DNA from: Candidatus Eiseniibacteriota bacterium
Lineage (GTDB): Bacteria; Eisenbacteria; RBG-16-71-46; SZUA-252
DNA length: 64,000 bases
NCBI GenBank assembly: GCA_963703225.1
Contig: OY969801.1
Span: 2,656,001-2,720,000 of the forward strand
Direction of reading: 5' to 3'
Part shown: positions 20,598-30,469 of the stretch, one piece after another
Position numbering within the stretch: position 1 is the first letter of the stretch
Layout of the letters: each line of letters begins with the position of its first letter
Notes under the pieces: generated by a model
Databases searched by the model: none
The model's input: the letters and a program-made list of their open reading frames with translations, nothing else
Told to the model about the DNA's origin: nothing
Program-made: the position numbers and the translations under genes

Positions 20598-22929
20598 TCA
20601 AGGCGCCGAGTCCTCGCGCATCCGAACGGGCGACGCGGGAATGAGATCGAGCCGGATGGTGCGGCCAGCCCTGTCGGTCTGGCCAAAGGCCAAGACGCCG
20701 GTTGGACAGCTCTGCACGCAGGCGGAGCATCGGACGCACTCCGGATCGGTCATCGGCACGCCCTTGTTGGCGAAGCTCATCACGTCGATCCCCTGGTGGC
20801 AGACCGAGGTGCAAACGTTGCAGGAGATGCACTTCTTCTTCTCCGATACGATCGCGAAGCGGCTGAAGCGGGCAAAGACGTGCATCAGCGCGGCCAGCGG
20901 GCAGAAGAAGCGGCACCAGACGCGCCCCGAGTACCAGAAATAGACCCCATATCCCACCACGCCCGCCAGGAAGACATCGACGACCCACTTGTAGTGGGTC
21001 TTGAGCACCGGCTCGAAGATTTGGTCGGCCCAATTCCCGGCGGGAAGGATCCAGCCGACGATTCGTATCACGAGGAGCGCCACGGCGACGGCCAGGACGC
21101 CCTGCCCGGCCATGTTGAGCCGGTTCCAGAACGGCCCGTGCGGCATCTTGTGCCGGTGGGTGTCGCCGAGCGTTTCCGCGAGCGCGCCGCACGAGCAGAT
21201 CCAGCCGCAATAGACGCCCTTCCCGAAGTAGAAGATCCCGATCGGGATCAGGACGAACGTCTGAACGAAGCTGATGGCGAGCCACCAGCCGAGCGGCTGG
21301 TGGGTGAAGACGTTGTAGACGTTGAGCGGCCACGCGAGGATCAACCCGTACGCGCGCCAGTACTCGCGCCCGTGCCCGTAGGTGACCACCGGAAAGAGCG
21401 CGTCCGCGATCCCGCGCGGGAGGAGCCCGTGGTGGCCGAGGAGCGGGAGGATCACCTCCGGCAGGAGGAAGAGCGGAAGCACCTGAACCGCCATGAGCGT
21501 GAGCGTCTGCGCGGTGACGTAGGGTGTCTTCCGCCGGCGAATTCGCCGCACGCCGAAGATCGACGATGACGATGGAGTAGGCGACCGTGTACCAGAACGA
21601 CGGGCCCGAGGCGCTGATCGCGAGCGTTCCGAGGAGGGTTTTCGGATCGGCGGCGGCCACCGCGATCCCTCCGCCCGCCGCGCTGAGGAGATCGGGAAGG
21701 TTGAACGGGAACCAGTGGCGGGCGGCGAAGAGGTTCGCCATCGAGCCGCCCGACTTCCAGTTGTAGAGCCAGGAACAGAAGAGGAGAAAGAGCGCGAGCG
21801 TGGCCCAACGGGCCGGGCGCATTTCCCCCGCGATGCGGATCGCCGAGCGGCGGAAGAAATCGAGCGGCGCCTCTCGGCCGATCATCGCGAAGACGACGTC
21901 GTTCGGGATGACTTCAGCGCTGCCGTCAGCGCCCGCGAGCTTCACCTCCCGCTCTCCGATCTCGAGGACGCGCGTGCCGAGGCGGAGCGTGAGGCTCCCG
22001 GGCGCGTGGGGGCCCGCCGCGAACGAGCCGGCGGCCGTCGTCACGTGCTCCGAGGTGGGATGCTCCACCGCCACGTCGGCCATCGGGTCGCGGAGGAGCA
22101 TCTGGAGTTTCTCAGCGTTCTCATGCTTGGGCCTCGAGAACTCGGGCTTCCGGTGGGAGAGGGTGACATGCGCGCCGGCCCGGGTCAGCGCGATGGCGGC
22201 TTCGAGCGCCGAGTCGCCGCCCCCCACGACGAGAGCCTTCTTCCCCGTGAAATCGTTGGGGTCGTGGAGCCGGTTGTAGACATTGTCTCGATCCTCGCCG
22301 GGAACCCCGAGCATTCGGAAGTTTCCGCTCTGTCCGATCGCGACGAGGACCCGCCGCGCCCGGAGCGGCTCGCCCCCCGCGACATGCACTTTGATTTCCC
22401 CGCCGACCCGCTCGAGGCGCTCAGCGCGGCCTGGGATGGGGAGGACTCCCGCTGCCTCCGTCTGGCGGCGAAGCTCATCCAGGAGCGCTTCCTTGACGTC
22501 GGCCGAGACCTGAAGGTCGCCAGCCGGCGTCATCGCCTTGGGGTAGGTGTAGATCGGCTTCGCCTTGGGGAAATTGACGATCGTGAAGAACGGCTCGGCC
22601 GCCTCGAGGATCGCGAAGGAGAGATTCTGTTTCTTCGCCTCGATTGCCGCGGCCATTCCGGAGACACCGGCGCCGATGATGACGAGGTCATGGAGGCCGG
22701 TACTGGGTGGAGCGGCGCGGAGCGAAGGGTCGCGGGCGATCCGCTGGACGACCTTGGCGCCGGTGTCGAGCGAGAATTTGAGGAGCGGAATGCCGGTGAG
22801 GTCGCCCGAGACGTAGACGCCCGGCACGCTCGTGCTCCCGCCTTCGCGGATCTCCGGGAGCGGCTCCACGGTGCCCGCGGGCCACCGCGTGTGAAGCCAG
22901 CGCGCGTATCGGGCGATCAGGCCGGGCAT
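20598..22929 (-). CDS. TrxB/YpdA-like FAD/NAD(P)H oxidoreductase fused to a NapH/MauN-like membrane 4Fe-4S domain (frameshift near 21560)
   Basis: GAGVSG and GGGDSA nucleotide-binding motifs, then TM helices, CGWIC, CRFFCP, CISCNVCTSVC and CVRCSACVQSCP. Confidence 0.85.
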
Positions 22930-22974
22930 GGGAGCCCGATGATACACGCCTCGATCAGAACGTGTGGGGTCGGG

Positions 22975-23556
22975 TCAGGGCGGGTTTTCGTCCCACCGAA
23001 CGATCTTCCAGAGGGTATCGGTGGGAGAAGACGATTCCGGCGTTGAGGGCTGGAAGGTGAACTTCATCAGCTCCTGAGCTCCGGAGACCGTGAGGGTCCC
23101 CATGAGAACATCGTCAACCGTGAGGCTCAATTGGCTACCACTGATCTGGATCACCGCCCACTCGGGGTGCGAGAGGTCATCGGATGGAAGCCGAGCCCAG
23201 CTTGATGCGGCCCCGAAACTGATATCGACGCTCACGATGGTCGTTGCCCTCGCGAGGGCTTGAATGTGACTCACCTCGTCCACATAGTGGAACGTGTCTG
23301 TGGTGCCATAAAGCAAGTCGTCGCTCCTCCCGACGTAGTCATAGTGGTACAGCGCCCTGTACTCCGTGCTGTCCCGGCGCGAATAGGCGGTCTCGAGCGC
23401 AGAGAGGACGTTTTGCGGGGTGCTCAAGACGGGATAGGTAGGAGCAACAGGGGGCTTGGGTTTGGCTGGATTGTTGTCGTCCCCACACCCCGCGAGCAGC
23501 GAGGCGGCTGAGAAAGCCGAGATCAGGGCAAGACGGAAACGAAGCGGGGCTCGCAT
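22975..23556 (-). CDS. Hypothetical lipoprotein (possibly NTF2-like)
   Basis: Lipobox LAGC; TPQNVLSALETAY-RRD...WKIVRWDE; SD GGAGG. Confidence 0.7.
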   Translation of the reverse strand: MRAPLRFRLALISAFSAASLLAGCGDDNNPAKPKPPVAPTYPVLSTPQNVLSALETAYSRRDSTEYRALYHYDYVGRSDDLLYGTTDTFHYVDEVSHIQALARATTIVSVDISFGAASSWARLPSDDLSHPEWAVIQISGSQLSLTVDDVLMGTLTVSGAQELMKFTFQPSTPESSSPTDTLWKIVRWDENPP

Positions 23557-23639
23557 CGGGCCTCCCAGAGTCACAGCCGGTTGGACCCGTCAGTATACGC
23601 TCGCCCCGAGGCGCCTTTTAGCTTTATGATACAAAGTAC

Positions 23640-23668
23640 TTGACAACGCGGTGTCAATGGCCGATACT
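23640..23668 (+). promoter_or_regulatory. sigma70 promoter overlapped by an inverted repeat
   Basis: TTGACA-N17-GATACT with the ATG 6 nt further on; inverted repeat TTGACA-N6-TGTCAA; CTTT-N7-AAAG immediately upstream. Confidence 0.7.
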
Positions 23669-23674
23669 CTATGC

Positions 23675-24283
23675 ATGAGCCTCGCGCTGGTCCCCGAAGA
23701 TCCCGAGCCCGAAATCCTTCAAGAGAAGGCCCTGGAGAGCATTCGGTACATCCGGAGCGCGATGGAGCGCGCCGGTTCGTTCACGGCGGTGCCGGGCTGG
23801 GGCGGCGTCGCGATGGGGGCCGTCGCGCTCGTCGGCGGATGGATCGCGGGCCATGCGGCCACGCCCAACGGCTGGCTCCGCGCGTGGCTCGTCACGGCAG
23901 CGGTCGCGTTCTTGATCGGCTGCTGGGCGATCGCGCAGAAGGCCCGTCGCGTCGAGACGCCGCTGGTCCGGGGCCCCGCCCTGCGGTTCCTTCTGACCCT
24001 CACCCCACCGCTCGCGGCGGGCGCGGTCCTGACGCCCTCCCTCGCGAGGGCGGGCCAGTACGATCTCCTTCCGGGCGTCTGGCTGCTCCTCTATGGGACG
24101 GCGGTCGCGACGGGAGGCGCCGCCTCCGTGCGGATCGTGCCGCTGCTGGGGCTTTGCTTCATGGCACTCGGCGTGGCGGCCCTCGCCGCCCCCGCCGCCT
24201 GGGGGAACGCGCTCCTTCTCCTCGGATTCGGGGGGCTCCAGATCGTCTTCGGAGTGATGATCGCGCGGAGGCACGGTGGCTAA
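23675..24283 (+). CDS. Hypothetical membrane protein
   Basis: IRYIRSAMERAGSFTAVPGWG...WLLLYG...GFGGLQIVFG; a type commonly found next to winged-helix regulators. Confidence 0.8.
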   Translation: MSLALVPEDPEPEILQEKALESIRYIRSAMERAGSFTAVPGWGGVAMGAVALVGGWIAGHAATPNGWLRAWLVTAAVAFLIGCWAIAQKARRVETPLVRGPALRFLLTLTPPLAAGAVLTPSLARAGQYDLLPGVWLLLYGTAVATGGAASVRIVPLLGLCFMALGVAALAAPAAWGNALLLLGFGGLQIVFGVMIARRHGG

Positions 24284-24668
24284 CCGCGCACGCGCTCGTA
24301 CGCCGCGCGGATCCTCCCCCGCCAGATCGTCCGCCGCGGGGAGGCCTTCCGCAAAGCGCACGACGGAGAGGCTCCCCGATCTCGACCGCTTGATCCATGA
24401 GCCAGTCCGTCTCGGCATTGTGAGCGCGCTCGCGGCCGGCGGCCCGCTCAGCTTCGCCGAGCTGAAGCGCCTCCTCCAGACCTCGGACGGAAATCTCTCC
24501 GTCCACACTCGTAAGCTGGAAGACGCCGGCTACGTGACGTGCGCGAAGCGGTTCGAGGGGCGGGTCCCCCGGACGGAGTATCGACTCACCCGCCTGGGTC
24601 GGGACGCCTTGGAGCGCTACCTGTCCCACCTCGACGCACTGGTCCGGTGGGCCAGGGAGAGGACATGA
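24276..24668 (+). CDS. Winged-helix transcriptional regulator (ArsR/MarR-like, HTH_34 type)
   Basis: LDRLIHEPVRLGIVSAL...DGNLSVHTRKLEDAGYV...PRTEYRLT. Confidence 0.92.
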   Translation: MANRARARTPRGSSPARSSAAGRPSAKRTTERLPDLDRLIHEPVRLGIVSALAAGGPLSFAELKRLLQTSDGNLSVHTRKLEDAGYVTCAKRFEGRVPRTEYRLTRLGRDALERYLSHLDALVRWARERT

Positions 24669-25357
24669 CGGCCTACGTACCCCCGCTCGCGCCGATCGTC
24701 GTGCTCGCGTTCCTCGCCACGGCGTTCTTGCTCGCGGTCGCGGCCGCGGCCCTTCTCTACGCGGCGATATCCAAGAGGCGCGCGCTCGTCCTCCCGATCC
24801 TTACCGGCGCGGGCATGCTCCTCCTGGGCTACGGCGTCGTGCTCCTCACGGCCTCTGCGCTCAGCCAGGAGCGGGAGCTGCGGCGGGGGGAGCGGAAATA
24901 CTTCTGCGAGATCGACTGCCACCTCGCCTACTCGGTGGAGAACGTCGAGACCACGCCCGAGATCGGAGAGCCCCCACACGCCGTTCAGGCCGCAGGCCAA
25001 TTCTACGTCGTCACCCTGCGCGTGTGGTTCGATCCGACGACGATCTCCCCCAGACGCCCGCTCGACGTCCCGCTCTACCCAAATCCACGAACCGTCTATG
25101 TTCAGGACTGGGCTGGAAACCGCTACGAGCCTTCCGCCGCGGGGCAGCAGCTCCTGGCCTCACTGGGCCGTCCCTCGACGCCGCTCACGCAGCCGCTTCG
25201 GCCAGGGGAGTCGTACACCAACTGCCTGGTCTTCGATCTGCCAAAGGACGCGCGAAACCCACGGCTCTTTCTGGGAAACGGCACCGACATCGAGTTCCTG
25301 CTGATCGGGCACGAGATGAGCCCGGGGCACAAGCGGGTCTGGTTCCTGCTTCAGTAA
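24665..25357 (+). CDS. Hypothetical membrane-anchored protein with DUF4352-like Ig fold
   Basis: ATGA overlap with the regulator; 2 TM helices; LRPGESYT--LVFDLP motif. Confidence 0.65.
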   Translation: MTAYVPPLAPIVVLAFLATAFLLAVAAAALLYAAISKRRALVLPILTGAGMLLLGYGVVLLTASALSQERELRRGERKYFCEIDCHLAYSVENVETTPEIGEPPHAVQAAGQFYVVTLRVWFDPTTISPRRPLDVPLYPNPRTVYVQDWAGNRYEPSAAGQQLLASLGRPSTPLTQPLRPGESYTNCLVFDLPKDARNPRLFLGNGTDIEFLLIGHEMSPGHKRVWFLLQ

Positions 25358-25382
25358 GGGGGCCACCGGGCGGCGGCCCGGG

Positions 25383-26174
25383 TTACTTCTTGGTGGGTTT
25401 CGAGGATTCCGGGGCTTTGGCCGACTTCGGGGCGGTCGGCATTCCGGCGAGCCTCGCCCAGTCGTCCGGAGTCACCTGGGCCACGACTTCGAATTTCGTC
25501 TCTCCCAGAGGCTTGATGACGAAGCAATCACCCTCTTTGAGCTGGTCCCGCCGAAGGCCATCGATGATCGGGATGAGAAGGTCTTGGTGCGTGACCAGCA
25601 CCAAATTCTGAGGATCGTCCAACTCCGTGCTCATGAGGATGATCCTTGCCGCACGGTACTCCGGCCCTCTTCGAAACAGCTCGATGGAGGTCTGCTCCTG
25701 GCCAAAGGCGAGCCGCGCGGTGTCGCGGCACCGCCACATCGGGCTCGAAAGCACCGCGAGGATCGGGACGTCGAGGGCCCTGATGGCCTTTCCGATGGCG
25801 GTAGCTTGCTCCTCTCCCTCCTTGCTCAGGTTTCGCTGGGTTGACCGGTCTTCAAAGTTCTCGATGTCCGAGTCCTTCTGGCCCCAGTCGGTGATCGAGT
25901 GCCGGAAGACGAGGATGTACCCTCCCTCGCGGAGGCGCGGCGCGAGGGTCGAGTCGGGATGCGGGAATTCGACCTGAACCGTGGTATCGGGCGGCGCGGT
26001 GGAATCGGCCCTGGCCGCGATGGCGGGCGCCGCGGCGGCCGGGGTCGGAGGCGTGGGGGCCGGCGCGAACGATACCTGCGCGAACGATACCTGCGCGAAG
26101 ACGATGCTCAGCGTCGCGAAGGCGACGAGGGCGCCGATGGACGTGGTTAGGCTCCGGCGTGCCCCTGCGGTCAC
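25383..26174 (-). CDS. Secreted histidine phosphatase (phosphoglycerate mutase-like)
   Basis: FRHS, QRNLS-EG, SSPMWRCRDTA and LVLVTH; GTG start overlaps the upstream stop; signal-like N-terminus. Confidence 0.82.
   Translation of the reverse strand: MTAGARRSLTTSIGALVAFATLSIVFAQVSFAQVSFAPAPTPPTPAAAAPAIAARADSTAPPDTTVQVEFPHPDSTLAPRLREGGYILVFRHSITDWGQKDSDIENFEDRSTQRNLSKEGEEQATAIGKAIRALDVPILAVLSSPMWRCRDTARLAFGQEQTSIELFRRGPEYRAARIILMSTELDDPQNLVLVTHQDLLIPIIDGLRRDQLKEGDCFVIKPLGETKFEVVAQVTPDDWARLAGMPTAPKSAKAPESSKPTKK
26063..26099. repeat. 15-bp tandem duplication (gcgcgaacgatacct, about 2.5 copies) encoding FAQVS repeats
   Basis: Visible directly in the sequence; preserves the reading frame. Confidence 0.85.
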
Positions 26175-27073
26175 GCGGTACCCTCTCCAGCAACCATCTT
26201 GCTGCCGCTTCCGACGAGGCTCGGCATCTTGCTCCGGGTCATGAGCACGAAGAGCGCCAACGGCGCGGCGTAGCTTCCACCCCTCTCGATCCACTCCCAG
26301 AAGGGCGCGCCGGATACCGGATAGAGCAGCTCCGTGGCGACCTTCCAGACGAAGACAAAGAGGAGCAGCGGCGGCAGCGGCGCGACGAGAACGACGACTC
26401 CCAAGAGCATCTCGAACCAACCGATGCTCGGAACCAGAGCCGCGACTCCGCCCGGGAATCCCGAGAGCCCCGCGGTCGCGTATTGGTCCGCGAGCATCTT
26501 CTTCTGCATGAAGGCGCCATACCCCGCGTGGCCGATGATCAGGAGCGCGAGCGATATTCGCAGAATCATCGCGACCTTGGCCATCCGCGCCGCGTCCGGT
26601 GCCGGCGACGGGCGCGGCACGATCGGCTCGAACCACTCGCGCCACGAGCGCGCCCAGCCGCTCATGACCAGGAACGCGAGCGGAATACCGTAGTTCCCAG
26701 CTCGCTCGAGCACTTCCCAGTAACCCTGCCCGGCCATGGGTCTCAAGAATGCCGTGAAGAGGGCCCAAAAGGTCATCCAGGCCAGGACAAGGCGGCAGGG
26801 ACTCAGGAGCACGAATATCCCCATCATGATGTCGTTGGTTCCGATGATCGGCATCAGGCGGTAGGCCATCGGCTCGCTGATCCCGAGCGCATGGAAGAAG
26901 GCGACCCAAGCGGGCTTGGTGATGATCCCGAACGCCCCATGGCCGACAAAGGTCATGAAGCAGGAAATGCGGAGGATCCAGTGAATGGAGGGAGTGTAGG
27001 CGAAGGGGCGCTCGGTCATCGGTGAAGCCTCTGGGTCGGGGCCCCGGCGGGCATGTGAGGGTGAATCCTGCAT
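26171..27073 (-). CDS. Membrane protein with two tandem DoxX-like halves
   Basis: ILRIS---(F/I)-GH(G/A) and WE--ER-G-Y--PLA each occur twice. The start may be at 27019. Confidence 0.75.
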   Translation of the reverse strand: MQDSPSHARRGPDPEASPMTERPFAYTPSIHWILRISCFMTFVGHGAFGIITKPAWVAFFHALGISEPMAYRLMPIIGTNDIMMGIFVLLSPCRLVLAWMTFWALFTAFLRPMAGQGYWEVLERAGNYGIPLAFLVMSGWARSWREWFEPIVPRPSPAPDAARMAKVAMILRISLALLIIGHAGYGAFMQKKMLADQYATAGLSGFPGGVAALVPSIGWFEMLLGVVVLVAPLPPLLLFVFVWKVATELLYPVSGAPFWEWIERGGSYAAPLALFVLMTRSKMPSLVGSGSKMVAGEGTA

Positions 27074-27127
27074 GCAATTGTACCCTACACTAACAGAAAC
27101 TCTTCATGATTGCAACGGTTTACGAGT

Positions 27128-29614
27128 CTAGGAGGCTCTGGAGGGGCCCGAACGACGCGGAAGGGTTCGGGTTTCTGGGGAGTCGAGTATCTCGCGAATT
27201 TTCTGAGAAAGTGTCTCAAGAGTGAACGGCTTTTGCAGGAAGGCGGCCCCCTTATCGAGCACCCCGTGGCGGGAGATGGTGTCGTCCGTGAATCCGGAGA
27301 CGAATAGGACCTGAATCCCGGGGCGCGCGATGGTCAACCGCTCGGCCAGCTCCCGCCCCCCCACCTGGGGCATGATGACGTCCGAGACCAAGAGGTGGAT
27401 CTCTCCATCGAATTGCCTGGCGAGATCGAGCGCCTCGGCTCCGTTTTCCGCCTCGAGCACCCTGTAGCCGTGCATCTCGAGAAGCTCCTTCCCGATCGCG
27501 CGGACACCTGGCTCGTCCTCCACCAGCAAGATCGTCTCGGTGCCACGGCCGGTCTGGATTGCGGCGGGACGCGACCGGTCCACCGTCGCCGCCCCCTCGA
27601 AATAGGGGAAATAGGCCGCGAACGTGGCGCCCCTACCTGGCTCGCTCTCGACCGAGATCGAGCCGCCAGCCTGTCTCAGGATCCCATAGACCGTCGAAAG
27701 CCCGAGACCGGTCCCCTTCCCCCGGCCCTTGGTCGTGAAGAACGGCTCGAAGATCCGGTCCTGGGTCTCCCGGTCCATGCCGCACCCGGTGTCCGCGACG
27801 GTGATGACGCAGTAGGGGCCGGGGCCGGCGGTATCCAGCTCCAGGGCGCGCGATCCGTCCATCGTCACCCGCGAGACCGAGAGGTGGAGCTCCCCTCCGT
27901 CGGGCATCGCGTCGCGCGAGTTGACCACCAAGTTCATGACCACCTGCTCCACCTGGCCCTTGTCGGCGCGCACGTGCACCCCGTCGGTCGCAAGCGAACA
28001 GGTGAGATTCACATCCTCCCCGATCATCCCCCGGAGCATTCCTTCCAGCTCGGAAACGATCGAGTTCAGGTCGAGCACCTTGGGCGCGAGGACCTCATTG
28101 CGGCTGAAGGTGAGGAGCTGTCGCGTGAGCACGGCGCCTCGCGCGCTGGCCGCCTGGATTTCCTGGGCCTTCTGCGCGGAGGGGGAGCCGGGAGGCAGGG
28201 ATTTCACGAGCAACCCCGACTGGGTCATGATCACGGTGAGCAGGTTGTTGAAATCGTGGGCCACGCCGCCAGCGAGAACGCCGATCGCCTCCATCTTCTG
28301 CGCCTGCCGGAGCTGCTCCTCGCTCCTCTTGAGCGCCGCCTCACTCGCCTGCAGGGCGTGCTGGACTCGGCGGCGCTCGGTGATGTCGGTCGCCACGCCG
28401 ATGATCCCCTTGACCGCGCCTTCGGCGTCGTGGAGCGGCGCGTAGCGCGACTGAAAGGTCACGGGGCCGACCTCCACCTCCGCTTCGATCTCCTCGCCCC
28501 CCAACGCGCGTCGAATCTTGTCGAGGAGGTCCGGGTTGTCGGCGTAGAGATCGAATATCGAACTGCCGACCGACTCGCCGGGGCGCTGGCCGAGGGCCTC
28601 GAGCCCTCGCCCCTCCGAGAGCGTGATCACGCCCTCCGCGTCGATCGCGAAGAGGACGATCGGGGCGCTCCCGATCACGGTGCGGAGCCGCTCCTCCGAG
28701 CGGCGAAGCCCCTCCAGGCCCGTGAGGTCCTGGATCATGACCAGAATTTCGTCGGCTCTTCCGTGGGGCCCGAGGATGGGGAGCGCGGTGAGGTAGAGGA
28801 GACCGGGCGAGCCATGGACCTGGGCGCGCAGCTCTTGGTGAACGACGCGCGCGTCAGCCGTCGCCTTGGCCACGGGGCATTCGTCGCACTCCGTCCCCAC
28901 GCGCGTGCAGACATCCTGGCAGCTCCTCCCGATCCAGCTGCCGGGCGACCCCTCAGGCGGGCAGAGATCGCTCATCGCCCGGTTGTTCCAGCGGATCTGT
29001 CCCGATTCGTCGGTGACAAAGACGAGGGTGTCTGTCTGGCTCACGAAGGCCGCGAACTTTTGCCTCTCTCGATCGAGCAATCGAAGATGGCTATCGAGGG
29101 TCTTGAACCATCGCTGGTCGCGATCGCGCTGGGCGCGGAAGCGGGCGATCTCCTCGTGAAGGAAGACCCTTTGAGCCAGGATGTCGGCGATCGCCTCCAC
29201 ACGCCGCGCGCGCTCCTCTGCCTCCGGGTCCGAATCGGGGGGCCACGCGAGGCAGGCGGCGCCGAGCGTGCGGCCGCTGGCCACGAGCGGGAACGCGCGC
29301 GGCCGCAGCTCCTCGTCGTCGAGGGTGACCGGCGTGGGCGTGACGCAGCACCCGCTCCGGACCGCGTCGAGCGCGGCGGTCTTGAACGCGGCTCGGATCC
29401 GCTCTCTGTGCTCGCGCGACTCGAAATGCCATGATTCTCGGAGCGGCTCGTTGCCGTCGGCCAAGAAGATCGCCGCCTGCGCGCAGGAGGCGGTCCGGGC
29501 GAGCAGCGCCGCGCCTTGGGTCATCGCGAGGCCGAGGTCCGCCTCACCGAGGAGTCGGGCGACCGAATCGAGGAAGAATCGCGCCTCCTCGCCCGCTCGC
29601 CCCGTTGGAGTCAT
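27128..29614 (-). CDS. Hybrid PAS sensor histidine kinase/response regulator (CckA-like)
   Basis: GAF-like and PAS domains, AHDFNNLL H-box, [25 protein letters not shown], and a C-terminal receiver (LLVEDE, DVIMP, KPF). Confidence 0.95.
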   Translation of the reverse strand: MTPTGRAGEEARFFLDSVARLLGEADLGLAMTQGAALLARTASCAQAAIFLADGNEPLRESWHFESREHRERIRAAFKTAALDAVRSGCCVTPTPVTLDDEELRPRAFPLVASGRTLGAACLAWPPDSDPEAEERARRVEAIADILAQRVFLHEEIARFRAQRDRDQRWFKTLDSHLRLLDRERQKFAAFVSQTDTLVFVTDESGQIRWNNRAMSDLCPPEGSPGSWIGRSCQDVCTRVGTECDECPVAKATADARVVHQELRAQVHGSPGLLYLTALPILGPHGRADEILVMIQDLTGLEGLRRSEERLRTVIGSAPIVLFAIDAEGVITLSEGRGLEALGQRPGESVGSSIFDLYADNPDLLDKIRRALGGEEIEAEVEVGPVTFQSRYAPLHDAEGAVKGIIGVATDITERRRVQHALQASEAALKRSEEQLRQAQKMEAIGVLAGGVAHDFNNLLTVIMTQSGLLVKSLPPGSPSAQKAQEIQAASARGAVLTRQLLTFSRNEVLAPKVLDLNSIVSELEGMLRGMIGEDVNLTCSLATDGVHVRADKGQVEQVVMNLVVNSRDAMPDGGELHLSVSRVTMDGSRALELDTAGPGPYCVITVADTGCGMDRETQDRIFEPFFTTKGRGKGTGLGLSTVYGILRQAGGSISVESEPGRGATFAAYFPYFEGAATVDRSRPAAIQTGRGTETILLVEDEPGVRAIGKELLEMHGYRVLEAENGAEALDLARQFDGEIHLLVSDVIMPQVGGRELAERLTIARPGIQVLFVSGFTDDTISRHGVLDKGAAFLQKPFTLETLSQKIREILDSPETRTLPRRSGPSRAS

Positions 29615-29624
29615 CGGCCGGCCC

Positions 29625-30104
29625 CTATCGCTCCAGGCGCGCGCCGCCGCGCGCCTCGTACGCCTTGGCAAGCCAATCGGCGACCCGCTGGACGTTGGCG
29701 ACTGCGTGGTCGTCGAACGCGCCCACTTGGTGGCTGTCGATATCGATCTGAGCGTAGATCCGGTCGCCGGAGCGAATCAGGACGACCAGCTCGGAGCGTG
29801 TCTCGGTGCTGCAGGCGAGGTAGTTGGAGATCTCGCGCACGTCCGGGATGTTCTGGTTGCGTCGTTCGGCGACCGCGGTGCCGCAGACGCCGTTTCCGAC
29901 GCCGATGAAGACGTGGTCCGTGGGCGCGCCGACGAACGGGCCGAGTCGAAGCACGTCGTCGGTGAAGAGCTCGTAGACCCCGGTCCAGTGGAACCGTGGG
30001 TCAATCCCACTCAGCCCCTGAACCGCGGCTTCCAGGAGGCGGTCGAGGTCCGCGCCGCCCGCGAAGAGCTCTTCGAGCTGGGTCATGAGACTTTCGACGG
30101 TCAT
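29625..30104 (-). CDS. GAF domain protein, free methionine-(R)-sulfoxide reductase (MsrC/YebR-like)
   Basis: WTGVY, LGPFVG, GVCGTA, YLAC---TRSELVV and IDIDS motifs. Confidence 0.85.
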   Translation of the reverse strand: MTVESLMTQLEELFAGGADLDRLLEAAVQGLSGIDPRFHWTGVYELFTDDVLRLGPFVGAPTDHVFIGVGNGVCGTAVAERRNQNIPDVREISNYLACSTETRSELVVLIRSGDRIYAQIDIDSHQVGAFDDHAVANVQRVADWLAKAYEARGGARLER

Positions 30105-30232
30105 CCTCTGTAAGATCGGTCGCCCCCACTGGCGTCTTTAGTCGCCCCCGCGCCAGGCCTCGACTGCCCGCCATGGGAACGTTTGGCAGAAGAAGGCCCC
30201 GTTGCCTGCCGATCATCCGAATGGGGGGAGAT

Positions 30233-30403
30233 TTATTGCGGGCGGTATTCTGGGGTTGGTGCGCTTCTCGAATTCGCGGTCGGCCGGGCCAGGGCGCGCT
30301 TCGCCGTCACCCCCTCGAGCACGTCCCGGAGCGCCGGACCGTGCCAGGACTCGCCCTCCAGCGCGCGGCGGTGTGGGTCGACTAGGTGCTCGACCTCGTT
30401 CAT
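30233..30403 (-). pseudogene. 5' remnant of a DinB-family gene
   Basis: My translation is MNEVEHLVDPHRRALEGESWHGPALRDVLEGVTAKRALARP..., a recognisable DinB-type N-terminus (G-xWHGP) that ends after 56 aa. Confidence 0.7.
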
Positions 30404-30469
30404 ATCGTGTATGCTAAATCTCCGCAGCCGACCAGTCCACGATTCGGCTTCAACCCCAGGGAGGAATCG

